Below, piece by piece: positions 41,801 to 52,099 of a stretch of DNA of 64,000 bases. A program made the position numbers and the translations under genes. Under the pieces are notes generated by a model. The model did not search any database, had not been told where the DNA came from, and was given only the letters and a program-made list of their open reading frames with translations. Where the stretch lies: the IMG/VR virus record IMGVR_UViG_3300020385_000006, positions 62,001-126,000 of that record. One strand, written 5' to 3'. The stretch's first letter is position 1, and the number at the start of each line of letters is the position of its first letter. This stretch comes from an uncultured virus (IMG/VR IMGVR_UViG_3300020385_000006) (taxonomy: Duplodnaviria; Heunggongvirae; Uroviricota; Caudoviricetes).

Positions 41801-42625
41801 TTCCTTATATAAGTGTACTTCATCAGCGTCATTTAATCCAATTTGTATTGTACCGGCTGCCGGGTCAAAAACTCGACCTCCATAATAAATTGCTTCAGTG
41901 TCTTCGTCTTGTACACCTGTTAAAGGCACTTTACCAGCCGCAGAATTGTTGAAAGATGATCTTGCGGTATTTGATTCAAACACTGTTTCTGCGTAATCAG
42001 AACCAAAACCTTGCTGATAAAGCCAATTTTTTAATCGATCACCATCACGTTGTATGATATGAGCTGGAAATGTTTTTATTGGATATCCTCCAGGTGAATT
42101 CGTGTAACTGGTTCCTAGTAAATCTGAATTAGCATCTTGACTTGTATCACCTACACCATCTCTAGTATTTGACCAGTCCATTGCTATGAAAAACTGTTTT
42201 GCTGAATTATTTTCCATAATTAATGGCACTATAACTTTTTCAACGTATCGAAACTCGTTTGAATAATTGCCATCATCTTCTGGACGTTCACCAGGTGTAG
42301 TGGCGCCACCAGCATTTTTATATGTACTAACAAAACTTCCAGAATATAAAGCTTCTAATCGTTGAGCTTGCGTACCACTGTTGGAGCCTATAAATGTTCC
42401 ATCAGCTAGCTCTGCGACCGGTGTCCATGTCCTTGTACGTAAAATTTTATCGTCTAATGTTTGATCTTGAGATATGCCTGGTTTTTCTGAGATTAAATTG
42501 TTAGAAAATATAGGATGTCGTGATTCGAACGGTTCATCTGCTGCAGATCTATCACCCTTTGTATGCTGAATATTTGATACATGTTTAAATGATGTATTAC
42601 GTTTTTCTTCTTGTTGATACGCCAT
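38864..42625 (-). CDS. Large virion protein with discoidin/F5-8-like domains (1253 aa)
   Basis: YKYYRIKF...IKTLQLY and YAYYKLEV...LHHLDLY strand motifs; C-terminal fibre-like repeats (NLSGTNTGDQ x2). Confidence 0.65.
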   Translation of the reverse strand: MAYQQEEKRNTSFKHVSNIQHTKGDRSAADEPFESRHPIFSNNLISEKPGISQDQTLDDKILRTRTWTPVAELADGTFIGSNSGTQAQRLEALYSGSFVSTYKNAGGATTPGERPEDDGNYSNEFRYVEKVIVPLIMENNSAKQFFIAMDWSNTRDGVGDTSQDANSDLLGTSYTNSPGGYPIKTFPAHIIQRDGDRLKNWLYQQGFGSDYAETVFESNTARSSFNNSAAGKVPLTGVQDEDTEAIYYGGRVFDPAAGTIQIGLNDADEVHLYKEDGSALKLPLWLVGYRYVGPTGAAAASTDGSSASGAASSPGIITTLFSSSGSKSQRDNEYGYYEKTTLTPTDSNDVLEYVQLDDLLIVSSSIGERDYLIRLGSASLYDVSGSFTGPVRYYGANYVKSETKIDLTGMPVDIDGITGGSDTTETKIVLRSFATTSGISTYGPDQLHTGEVGSMFDANTSTAAVFDPDTDVISLDILFADPFPASPSGETSLARNLYKIAVNNGPTANAAMGVSVQISASNDATYSFHMYSSNTVTSDHAQNWLPITSFDMPQDQTTVHEFDSGNEYKYYRIKFKSDSDVGPPPNDRFQIKTLQLYDQVNTATKYADAGAVSTQVNGGDIFAYTPDGYADLSSFGYFDVPSYAQSTTHSFHFSEAKRLDTIGLYYSHITASAPTSDDPLPFIDGITLWASHDNVTFNAIASASNMATNTANGVITSSFYKLGGPYMPDNEGVLASIGQNRDTGDRGYYISYVTASIATASKYAYYKLEVSGALFADDRSDTAQYLHHLDLYENKYYGPTNRKQINIGLNQTGTGDTGPFGQDLSIFDKAVSASAARLGMFSGSVIASGFTTFQGADLTNDLNLGYNFAIQSALSMTASRMSASHMNTEFIESTQITSSIISSSTLLGSTINGIDVYASSSLQLPSLTPIYFTNYKQDGSRGVDEFSGRMFGYYTPAGVSEIYVDAYRIYNVADAKADIRVLHPTSGSISLTANSIIMSGSVIVGSDGANIPIGIISASNGSNGITGSATATFLTEFNEGDAIRIQSASFFRTYVIASIVDNNHLRLSDPWEGGTWSGSRAYKDPDLFTVKNSAGITEFKIGKSGNISASADITASSIFLSEGSQLNVGTGTNRSSVRSNQISAPTVIASSAQGLTTTAITASGDISSSGTIIASNLSGTNTGDQSLVHLAVTSSNVLFGNVTASNNVSASGTIIGSNLSGTNTGDQDLSSYIQNSQTASFVTTTTVIDGGTF

Positions 42626-42633
42626 TAGTTATC

Positions 42634-42834
42634 CTAACTATCTTTCAAATTATCTTCGTAATATTTAATTGACATTTTTAATTTACTGGCTAATGTTTTC
42701 CATTGTCTATAAGTTATAATACGTGTCAAATAAAAATTATCTATTTCACCGCTCTTTTCACCATCATTAATTAATATTTTTAACTCAACGTAGTTTTCTT
42801 TAAATTCTATGTCAATAATTTTGTCAACGTTCAT
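42634..42834 (-). CDS. Small hypothetical protein (66 aa)
   Basis: AAGGA SD; variant late motif (plus TATAATTAT 42847-42855). Confidence 0.55.
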   Translation of the reverse strand: MNVDKIIDIEFKENYVELKILINDGEKSGEIDNFYLTRIITYRQWKTLASKLKMSIKYYEDNLKDS

Positions 42835-42878
42835 AACATCCTTTTATATAATTATGTTTCATGCATGTATTTAAATGA

Positions 42879-45800
42879 TTATATATCACCGGTGCCATTT
42901 GATGAAACATGTATTCCCTTAATTGAATTTCCATAACTATCTTTAATTCGCACACGCATCAACATTACACTTCCTGCATTTGCTGGAATGAATTGAGAAA
43001 AATTAATTTTTACTCTGAATGCACCACTTAGATCTTGGCTATGGTTACGCATTTGAGATAATAAACCTACATTATCGTTATATAATACTGAACTTAAATT
43101 TGCTTGGAATATATTTTGAAATTTTGTTCCAGGATTTGTTGGTGAATTTGCAACACCGACTGTTGGTAATGGTCCTGGTAGTGCAACATCTATACGTACA
43201 GGTCTATCATCTAATCCCACTCCACTTTCAATATTACCGGCTGTAATACGGAAGTTATCTCTATTGGTATCATCTGTGAATATAAATATATACATTATTG
43301 GCGTGGTTGCTTCAAATGCTCGGCAGTAAAATTTATCACCAGTTTCATTGGAATAATCAGGAGCATTTGGATTCACGACCGCGTAATTTATAGTATGGCC
43401 TTGTCTATCAGTTGCAACAGATGTATAATCCAATGTCGGATATTCTAATCGGCCATCATAATATTGTTGTAGCTCATTGGAACCAGATATTGAAATATGA
43501 GATTGGAAGTTTGGTCCAGCAGATGAATCGGTATATAACTCATCATCAATAATAGAAGCACTAAAATGCCCTCTTAACCAAAAATCAGCATATCCGGGTA
43601 TACCAGCTGGGGTTGCGCCGGCTACGGCAGCTGTACCATAATTTGCATTTGCTCCTCCTCCTTTATTAAAATTGAATGAAGCAGAATCGGCAAATGATGC
43701 ACTTGTCCATCTAAAAGATTCATTGTAAAAGTCTTCTATCGCTATATCAGATGTTTTGCCGTTGATCGCATTTGTACTTGAAATTGCATTTTCATCTAAA
43801 AATCGTCCAACTGGTAATTTGGCTTTATTAGGATCAACGGTCCAAGAATCATCAGAACTTAAGTCACGTTTATAGGTTCGAGCATATAATTGATACACCT
43901 GACCTTTATCTGCGTTAGTTACATCCGGAGCTTTGACTTTAAAGTCTTTGATACTAGCACTTGCATATGAGGTTGGTACAATGTCTCTAGAAGAGTTTCC
44001 AAATTGCAAACCGTTCATATTAGCTGGTAAATTGAATAATGATTGTTCATGCACTGTAGCTGATGCTCCACTACCAGTCTCTAATTTAAAATAAGTATTG
44101 CCATGATCATGTCCTATTTCAGATACATAATCTGATGAATTGTTTGATCGTCTATATGTGTTATGTGGTATAGCATGTACTCGGTCATCCAAACTAATTT
44201 TAAAGTACTCATCTTCTTTAAAATAACTAACTCCAGAGAGACTGAAAGTTGGTTCTACTCCTGCTAGCGGTGCATAACTTAAAGTTGGTTCGCCATGCAA
44301 ACTAATTGTCGGTTCACCTTTTATTCCGTCATCATAATACCAACTAAACGGTTTCCAACTTTGAATTATTTCATCATTAATTGAATGAGAAAATTCCAAA
44401 TTATTATATCCATCATTTAATTTGGCATCAATTTCTATACGAGCGCTCCAACCTTGATATCCATTAGGATAATACTCTACACCATTTTGTATACTTTGTG
44501 ACACATTGTTAAATGGTTGCACAGTTGTTACAATTAATCGACCTTTGCTGGCATGTGGTGCTGTGAATGATGCCGTACCATTACCTGCATATTCTGTTGA
44601 TATATTTTGACTTCCAGATTTAGATAGTAATACAAATTGTCCACCTAAATCATAATTTACTACTTCCGAGCCGTTAATTTTAACAATTAATGATCCAGAA
44701 TCACCAAAATCAAATAAACGATCATTGTTGCTATAATCACCAGTACTGGATGGTGTAAATGGAGTAAATGACATGCTGTAATTAACAGGACCGGTATGTG
44801 ATTCTTTTGCCATTATCACATTGGTAACATGAGAACCAGGCGAATCATCAGGACCGTAAATACCTAAACCGGTTGGTAATGTTGCAGAATATAATCTATG
44901 ATAGTTACCGTCTATACCAACAAAATTAATTCCTTGTCCACCATATGGGTTATTGGTACTATCATGGCTGCTAGCATTTCCTGCTCCCCAATATCTTCCT
45001 TCCATGGATCGAGGTTTTGCCGGAACCACAGCAAATGTAAACTCGCTAACTGATGATGTTCCTTGACCATAATATGGATCAGATATTGTAGTAGACCCAG
45101 ATATAAGAACTGTTAAGTGTTCTACTTTGGTCAATGTACTCATATAACTACTATCTATCGTTAACGATGATGTATTATGGCTAGAGTCGGATGATTTGGC
45201 TGGTGCGAATGTTAATCCGGTGGGGCCATTAGTATTGTAATTGATATGTACATGGTCTGCAAATCTAACATATGATTCAGATGTAATAAGTGGAGCACTT
45301 GCCGATATCCCAGATATAACATCGATTGAAATATCATTATCAGCGTTATATGTGACATATACCGGTAGATCTGAACTTGATGAATAATCTGTGTCTAAGC
45401 CAGACGTAGATGCCGCAACAGTAATCGATGCTGTCCGAGCTGGAGATACCGTTATAATTGATTCACTAACTACTGCATATTGCACAGTCTTACTATCATT
45501 GAATCCATGAGTTACTTTAGATGCGGAAATTATAAACACTTCTGGATCTGTATTAAGACCTCCGGAATTAATAAACTGTATTGGTGTAAACGATGATGTA
45601 TATGACATGCTTTGAGATCCATGCTGTTCATACAACGACTCTATAGAGCTTGATAAATGAGCAGATCCAGTATGTAATAAAAATTCATGTGATCCAAATG
45701 TTCCTATACGTGGCGGAGCTTCAAAGAAAAATATGTTTTCTGCGCCGGCATATTCACCTTCACCTTCGGCATAATTTCGCCAATGACCGGCTGCAAATGT

Positions 45801-48800
45801 TATCATATACCATCGGTACAGAGTGCCATTTTCAAATTCAATGTTTTTGTCTTGATTTCCATCTGAATGAAAATGTAATGGTTCCCAATTTGCCACAGAT
45901 CCGGTTGTGAATGCACCTTCATATGCAGAGCCAGAAATTGATATCGCTGTATTAGAATGATGTTGATTGGTTCGATGTTCTATTACTATTCTATTTAACG
46001 CTATTGGTTGTACACAGTCAATTGCAATCCATAAATTAGCACCGGTGTGATCAACGGCCATTGCATTGCTATCATATTGCCCGGTATCAGTGTTATATAT
46101 GTTAACAGTGTTATTCCATCGAGTTAACCAGTTATCAGTATATGAACCTAAGATATATTTTGGTGGATAACTAGAGTACCAATGCGATGCAGTGATATTA
46201 GTTTCTGCTGGAATAAATTCAGGTCCGGTGAAATCAGTCGGGTTTACTCCATCTTTATTACTAAAACCTGTCACTTCTATTTCTGTTTTAGCATGATGTG
46301 GTCCAAATGGTTCTTCTATATCTGCTAATACTCGCATACTTACAAGTTGATTACGTGAATCTGAATTCTGATATGTTCGATTTACAACGTTATCTGTTTC
46401 AGTGGTTTGAAGTCCATGCAATACTCTAGTTTCGCGCGATGATGTACCGGCCGTTGATCCAGAATGTTCCTTTTCCACTTCTACACGCAAATTAGTGATC
46501 TGAGTTGCATCAGGAGGTTGAATTGTAATATCTGCACTTGTTACAGACCCAGTTTCAATTCCATCCGCGGAATCATTAATTATGTATACACCGGTTGTAT
46601 TTGATCCTGTTTCAGCTGATGGTGTAAATGTATATGCACCAGCCGCAAATTGAGCTCCTCCATACCATGACGAAGTAAAGGTTTGAGAAAATAAATTATC
46701 AGAATTCAATGCTCTCATTCCAGAATCACTTGCGGTGTCTTGACTGGCAGTATGGAATCCAAATGCAAATGAATGACCTTGACCATCTGTCGCAGATACC
46801 TGAGTTTGGAAATGACCTAATCCTAGCGGTTCAATAACTTTACCTAATATACGGAAACGCATTGCAGCACTTCCAGACCATATATCACCTATTGCATCAG
46901 CTGTTTGTGCTGTTAAAGTATTATTATGCCCGTATAATATTTTCTGCGTCCGTGAACTGACTCCAATACTTGAACTGTATGGAAAGGCTTCTGTTTCTAC
47001 TCGCAGTCCATCTATTTCTAATGGTTTACTTGCACTTACTACAAGATATAGATATTGAGTACCGGTACTGGATTCATATCCATTTTCGGATACATTATCA
47101 TGTTTAATAAAATTAGTAGTATCAGATAAATATATTTGTATATAATCATTTGTTGAATTATTATTATAACTTCCTGATAAAGTTTCTCCGATCCATGATG
47201 ATGTATATCGACCAACTAATCGTGACTGTTCATCATATCCTACTTCAGATGATGCAGTTTGAGTTGATGATGTACTGAACGCAATAAATTCGCTATACTT
47301 AGTATTGCCGCCATAACCTTTATTATCTATATAATATCGCATTAACGAACTACTATGCATTGGTCCTACTGGTTCTATAATTTCAGTTAAAATACGGAAT
47401 CGCGTCACTGCATGTGGATCATATATATCAGATAAATCACTACCAGTTGCGCGAGTTGTTTCTTCGCCATATAAAATTGATCTGGAAATTGCACTGGCAT
47501 TTGACACAGATGTGTTTTGCGTACCGATACCACTCTCTCCCCGTGTTTCAGTTTCTATTCGCCAGTTTTCTATTATTGTAGGTGCAGTATCAATTATTTG
47601 CATTGTAGTTGTAGTAGGTGATGATATTGTATGATCATTTTCATTTGTTGGTGCATGTACAAAACTAGCAGAAGCAATCCAATCTCGCGTACTTCCGGCG
47701 CCTACTGATAAACTACTTCCGGAAAACGATGTTGTGTATTGTGCTACAATTCTATTTGATGAATCTTCAAATGAATTGACCGTTACTATTGATGAACCAG
47801 TTTCAAATGTAATTGTTTCAGTTATATTAGTTTGTCCGGAAGATTTAAGTATTTTGGTAACAGCCGTTGGATGTGTAACTGGACCTACTGGTTCAATTAT
47901 TTCAGCTCGTATTCGGAATCTAGATACCGATTGTGATGCGTATAATGATGCAGAATCATGAGTTGCAAATGATGATGAATCAGCTAATGATCGTCTAGTT
48001 ACTCCATATAACACGGTCCGCTGTTGTGTTCCGGTAACGCCGGCGTCCGTAACAGCGCTAGCACTATGACCATAATTTTCAGATTCTACAAATATATTTT
48101 TAATAATTGTCGGTGGTGTATCATGTACAGTTAACTCACCATCCGTTTCAGTAATATCAAATCCATTTTCGCCAGAAACTTGTTCTATGAAACTGCCAGT
48201 CAAAACATATACTGTATTACCACCTGCAGCTGCCGTAAATGATCTTCCTGTAAATGATTGTGTATATCGAGTAACTAATCGGTCTTGGTCATCATAACCA
48301 TGTGTAACTAGTCCACCTTCCGCTATTGATCCAGTATCTATCATGTAAAGTTTAGAACCACTACCATATGATGCACTTACCTGTATTTTATGAACACCTG
48401 GTCCAATTGGTTCAGTTACCTTTGCTCGGAATCTTACACGTGATACTGATTGAGATGCGTATATGGATGCGGATGGATGATTAGTCCATGACAAACTTTC
48501 AGATGTTGCATTTGTTATTCGAGGATCTCCGTATAACACTGTACGGGTTGCATTAGACATGGCCATATCAGAATATCCATGCGTTTCTGTTTCCCAGAAA
48601 ACATCTTCAATGGCAACTTTCGGAGTATCATGTACTACCATGGTAGTTGATTGTCCAGATTCGGTTACAAATCCACTAGCATCATTAGGTGTATGTAATA
48701 TTGATCCGGAAGTATATGTCCATTCGGTAAAACTATTACTACTAGCTGATAATTGTTGTCCTACCCATGATGATGTGTAATGAGCAACCAATCGGTTCTG

Positions 48801-51614
48801 TGCATCATATGCAATTGCAGATGAAGCAGTATGAACTGAGCCAGTACTAAAATATAATATATTATTAATAGGGGCAAGACTAGAACCAATTATTGTTTCA
48901 AAAAATTGTAATTCAAATATACTAAAATATTGACTAGTAGAAGATGCATTACATGTGAATCGATAATATTGGTATGTATTTAAATTTGTAAAATCGTTTA
49001 TACCTCTTGTTACAGTGCTTGATCCGTTACCGGTAACTGTATCTAATGTAACGTATCCTGAATTAGGTGAATTAGAAGCTTCGAATGTCCAACCAGTCAT
49101 TCGATATGAGCTAAAATATAATATATATTGTCCAATATTTACCGCAGAACCGAAATCATATGTAAATGAAGCTCCAGCAATTCCTGAACTGTCATAAAAT
49201 ATATGTGAGTCAGTATTAGCAGTACCTGACGTAGTACCATCAAATATATCACCAGGCCAAAACGTGTCACTTGCTGCAGTAGTTGTTAAATTGTTTTCTG
49301 ATAATCCTGATATGGCAGCACCTATACTATTTGTACCAGGAGGTGTGCTCCATACCTTTTCAAAACGTGATGCAGTATGATGCGGTCCGAATGGCTCTGT
49401 TATAGTTGCTAACACGCGGAAACGTGACACGGAATGAGATGCGTATAATGATGCGGAATCGTGGCCTTCAAAGGAAGCGGAATTTATCAAAGTATGATGA
49501 GGTGTACCATATAATACTGTACGCATTGTATCTGCACTTCCTGTATCAGAATATCCGTACGTCTCTGATTCATATACTATGTTTGTTATTTCCGTTGCCG
49601 GAGTAGCGCTCACAGATACCGAAGCATATGTTCCTGGTATAATTGTACGTCCGGCGTTTGTAGCAGAATCAAATGAAGCACTAAATGTATACTCGCCAGG
49701 CAACAAATTAAAGTTGATCCATGATGATGTGTAATGAGCAACTAACCGGTTCTGTACATCATATGCAATTTCAGATGATGCAGTATAAGTTGCACCAGAA
49801 CTAGTATGAAATTGAAATTCATAAGAATGTGCATAGTCACTACCTGGTGTAGTTTCTAAAGTTGACTTCATGTTGGTATGGTGTGGTCCAAATGGTTCTG
49901 TCACAGTTGCCAACAAACGTAATCGTACAACTGATTCACTTATATATTCTGCCGATTTTTCATATCCTTCTAAACTTGAAGTTTCTGAAACTTGTAATGT
50001 TGAAGTGTATCCATATAATACGCTTGCCGATCTTTCAAATGATCCAGTACCAGTTAAAAATGATCCAGATTCCACTTCCACTCGTACATTTGATATTTCA
50101 ATATCAGGTACAGGGGTTACTGTCAATGTGGTCATTGGTCCTGCTGCGGCATCAGATATATGATTATAAACTCCATGACGTATAATATCTGTAGTATCAC
50201 CAGTTTTATTAATTAGAGTATATGTAGCTGGTTCATACTGAAAAGGCGAAAAACCTAAACTTTCTGTCACATCGGTAAAGGTAAAATTGTCGCCGTATGC
50301 AGATGCCGTGGCTCGAAATAATCCAGTTGCCATACTTCCGCTAAATCTGAAAGTTTTATTATCCAATACTGAAGTTCCGCCGAATTCGGCAAATTTTATA
50401 TCTGTGAAATGTGTACCATCTGCAACATAATCTGGTGGTTCTGTTATATCAGCCATTACAGATACACGTACCAGCGATGCAGTATAACGAGGATGTAGTC
50501 CAACAATATTATCACGTGTAATGACATCATCGTATAACACCGTAGTAGTAAAATTATTAATTCCAATACCAGAAAATGAACCAGATTCTATATGAGCTCG
50601 TATATTACTAATACTTGCAGTATTTGGTGGTATTACTAGTAAATTAACATCAACGGAAGATGAATTTTCAAACTGATTATTATCCTGCATATAAACCGTA
50701 AACGTTTCTTGATACGACTGCACTGATGATGCGTGTATTGTAGTTCCATCCATAACACCGTAGTTTGATATACTGGCAGTAAACACTAATGCATTATCTG
50801 GCATAGCCGATGCATCGGGACCATAACCATCTGGTGCACCTGGTGAGATAGATCCAGTTGCTATGAAAATTTGGCTATCAGCAATATCAGGTTGTGGATG
50901 TTTTAAAAATAAATTGTAACTTGCAGATACCGACGTGATAGGTGGATCTACCTGTACTCTGGAAGCTGAAAAAACTCGTATAAAATCGTTTTGATTAGAA
51001 TCTTCAGATCCGGTAAAACTAAAAATTATATCTTTGGCATTTGTATCATGAGCTAAAGACATAGTTAAACTAGCACGATGTGCAATCGTCGGTGGTACAT
51101 TGATAAACCCTTTAATAAATACAGTAGAATATACCAATTGAGTATTGTTTGCGCTACCGGTCTCAGTTGCATAAACTAAATATCGATGTACGCCAGGTGC
51201 TAAATCATTTTCAAATGCATTTTGACCGGTTAGATCATTAACATAATCCTGGCCAGTATAAGATGAATTGCCGCCGGCTTGCTTGGTTACAAATGTATCT
51301 TGAATTTTAATAAATGAATAATAATTTGGATTGAAATCCGCGGAATGTGTAGTTTGTATTAATACATCTCCTTGGTTCGCAACATCTTGTCCAGAACCAA
51401 GTATTATCACATGATCAATTGATTCAGCAGGTGATCCGGATATTCCAGAACCAGAACCAGCAAAAAATACTTCAGTACCTATTCCGGAGAGGCCAGAACC
51501 ATCACCTACAAATGCATCTGCAGTTATAGTGGTTGCTGTAACTCCACTTTTAAATTGAGCTATACTACCAGATTGTACCCAATTGCTACTAGTAAATTGA
51601 TGTTTTCCTGCCAT
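42879..51614 (-). CDS. Giant multidomain virion protein (2911 aa) with repeated beta domains and lectin-like inserts
   Basis: Recurrent (V/I)LYG...R(F/V/L)R...EPxGPxH...YT(S/T/Q)S(W/F) units; two F5/8-like inserts (YQYYRF, YRWYMI). Confidence 0.75.
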   Translation of the reverse strand: MAGKHQFTSSNWVQSGSIAQFKSGVTATTITADAFVGDGSGLSGIGTEVFFAGSGSGISGSPAESIDHVIILGSGQDVANQGDVLIQTTHSADFNPNYYSFIKIQDTFVTKQAGGNSSYTGQDYVNDLTGQNAFENDLAPGVHRYLVYATETGSANNTQLVYSTVFIKGFINVPPTIAHRASLTMSLAHDTNAKDIIFSFTGSEDSNQNDFIRVFSASRVQVDPPITSVSASYNLFLKHPQPDIADSQIFIATGSISPGAPDGYGPDASAMPDNALVFTASISNYGVMDGTTIHASSVQSYQETFTVYMQDNNQFENSSSVDVNLLVIPPNTASISNIRAHIESGSFSGIGINNFTTTVLYDDVITRDNIVGLHPRYTASLVRVSVMADITEPPDYVADGTHFTDIKFAEFGGTSVLDNKTFRFSGSMATGLFRATASAYGDNFTFTDVTESLGFSPFQYEPATYTLINKTGDTTDIIRHGVYNHISDAAAGPMTTLTVTPVPDIEISNVRVEVESGSFLTGTGSFERSASVLYGYTSTLQVSETSSLEGYEKSAEYISESVVRLRLLATVTEPFGPHHTNMKSTLETTPGSDYAHSYEFQFHTSSGATYTASSEIAYDVQNRLVAHYTSSWINFNLLPGEYTFSASFDSATNAGRTIIPGTYASVSVSATPATEITNIVYESETYGYSDTGSADTMRTVLYGTPHHTLINSASFEGHDSASLYASHSVSRFRVLATITEPFGPHHTASRFEKVWSTPPGTNSIGAAISGLSENNLTTTAASDTFWPGDIFDGTTSGTANTDSHIFYDSSGIAGASFTYDFGSAVNIGQYILYFSSYRMTGWTFEASNSPNSGYVTLDTVTGNGSSTVTRGINDFTNLNTYQYYRFTCNASSTSQYFSIFELQFFETIIGSSLAPINNILYFSTGSVHTASSAIAYDAQNRLVAHYTSSWVGQQLSASSNSFTEWTYTSGSILHTPNDASGFVTESGQSTTMVVHDTPKVAIEDVFWETETHGYSDMAMSNATRTVLYGDPRITNATSESLSWTNHPSASIYASQSVSRVRFRAKVTEPIGPGVHKIQVSASYGSGSKLYMIDTGSIAEGGLVTHGYDDQDRLVTRYTQSFTGRSFTAAAGGNTVYVLTGSFIEQVSGENGFDITETDGELTVHDTPPTIIKNIFVESENYGHSASAVTDAGVTGTQQRTVLYGVTRRSLADSSSFATHDSASLYASQSVSRFRIRAEIIEPVGPVTHPTAVTKILKSSGQTNITETITFETGSSIVTVNSFEDSSNRIVAQYTTSFSGSSLSVGAGSTRDWIASASFVHAPTNENDHTISSPTTTTMQIIDTAPTIIENWRIETETRGESGIGTQNTSVSNASAISRSILYGEETTRATGSDLSDIYDPHAVTRFRILTEIIEPVGPMHSSSLMRYYIDNKGYGGNTKYSEFIAFSTSSTQTASSEVGYDEQSRLVGRYTSSWIGETLSGSYNNNSTNDYIQIYLSDTTNFIKHDNVSENGYESSTGTQYLYLVVSASKPLEIDGLRVETEAFPYSSSIGVSSRTQKILYGHNNTLTAQTADAIGDIWSGSAAMRFRILGKVIEPLGLGHFQTQVSATDGQGHSFAFGFHTASQDTASDSGMRALNSDNLFSQTFTSSWYGGAQFAAGAYTFTPSAETGSNTTGVYIINDSADGIETGSVTSADITIQPPDATQITNLRVEVEKEHSGSTAGTSSRETRVLHGLQTTETDNVVNRTYQNSDSRNQLVSMRVLADIEEPFGPHHAKTEIEVTGFSNKDGVNPTDFTGPEFIPAETNITASHWYSSYPPKYILGSYTDNWLTRWNNTVNIYNTDTGQYDSNAMAVDHTGANLWIAIDCVQPIALNRIVIEHRTNQHHSNTAISISGSAYEGAFTTGSVANWEPLHFHSDGNQDKNIEFENGTLYRWYMITFAAGHWRNYAEGEGEYAGAENIFFFEAPPRIGTFGSHEFLLHTGSAHLSSSIESLYEQHGSQSMSYTSSFTPIQFINSGGLNTDPEVFIISASKVTHGFNDSKTVQYAVVSESIITVSPARTASITVAASTSGLDTDYSSSSDLPVYVTYNADNDISIDVISGISASAPLITSESYVRFADHVHINYNTNGPTGLTFAPAKSSDSSHNTSSLTIDSSYMSTLTKVEHLTVLISGSTTISDPYYGQGTSSVSEFTFAVVPAKPRSMEGRYWGAGNASSHDSTNNPYGGQGINFVGIDGNYHRLYSATLPTGLGIYGPDDSPGSHVTNVIMAKESHTGPVNYSMSFTPFTPSSTGDYSNNDRLFDFGDSGSLIVKINGSEVVNYDLGGQFVLLSKSGSQNISTEYAGNGTASFTAPHASKGRLIVTTVQPFNNVSQSIQNGVEYYPNGYQGWSARIEIDAKLNDGYNNLEFSHSINDEIIQSWKPFSWYYDDGIKGEPTISLHGEPTLSYAPLAGVEPTFSLSGVSYFKEDEYFKISLDDRVHAIPHNTYRRSNNSSDYVSEIGHDHGNTYFKLETGSGASATVHEQSLFNLPANMNGLQFGNSSRDIVPTSYASASIKDFKVKAPDVTNADKGQVYQLYARTYKRDLSSDDSWTVDPNKAKLPVGRFLDENAISSTNAINGKTSDIAIEDFYNESFRWTSASFADSASFNFNKGGGANANYGTAAVAGATPAGIPGYADFWLRGHFSASIIDDELYTDSSAGPNFQSHISISGSNELQQYYDGRLEYPTLDYTSVATDRQGHTINYAVVNPNAPDYSNETGDKFYCRAFEATTPIMYIFIFTDDTNRDNFRITAGNIESGVGLDDRPVRIDVALPGPLPTVGVANSPTNPGTKFQNIFQANLSSVLYNDNVGLLSQMRNHSQDLSGAFRVKINFSQFIPANAGSVMLMRVRIKDSYGNSIKGIHVSSNGTGDI

Positions 51615-52099
51615 TACAATTCATCCGGATTAATTATAACTGTAGTTCCTGTAACTAAAGTTTGTTTTGATGCAGTACTCATTGCTAATAATAAATATCT
51701 GTATATACCAGTACCTAATGTATCTGTTAACGAATTTTGATTAACTAATCCTTTTTGTGTTCCAGAGTAATCAGAAGCTTCTTCCCATAACGCGGCATCG
51801 GATAAATCTTGTCGTAAAAATGTGAAATGATTAAATGTTGCACCGGATGCCGAAACTGATAATGTTATGGTATGGTTGCCGCCGGATCCAGTGATCCATT
51901 CTCCATATGTCGGTGGAGTAGCTAATGATTCAGATCCAATAAATAATTGTATTCCGGTTGTAGTAATACCAGTTAACGCAGATCCATCTCCTATTAATTT
52001 TGCGTTAACCGATCCGGTCACATCAATGCCAGATTTAAATTTTGCAATAGATCCGGATTGTACCCATTCACTACTTGTAAATTGATGATTGACAGGCAT
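51614..52099 (-). CDS. Virion protein, paralogue of the giant protein's N-terminus (161 aa)
   Basis: HQFTSSxWVQSGSIAxFKSG...GDGSxLxGI shared. Confidence 0.7.
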   Translation of the reverse strand: MPVNHQFTSSEWVQSGSIAKFKSGIDVTGSVNAKLIGDGSALTGITTTGIQLFIGSESLATPPTYGEWITGSGGNHTITLSVSASGATFNHFTFLRQDLSDAALWEEASDYSGTQKGLVNQNSLTDTLGTGIYRYLLLAMSTASKQTLVTGTTVIINPDEL

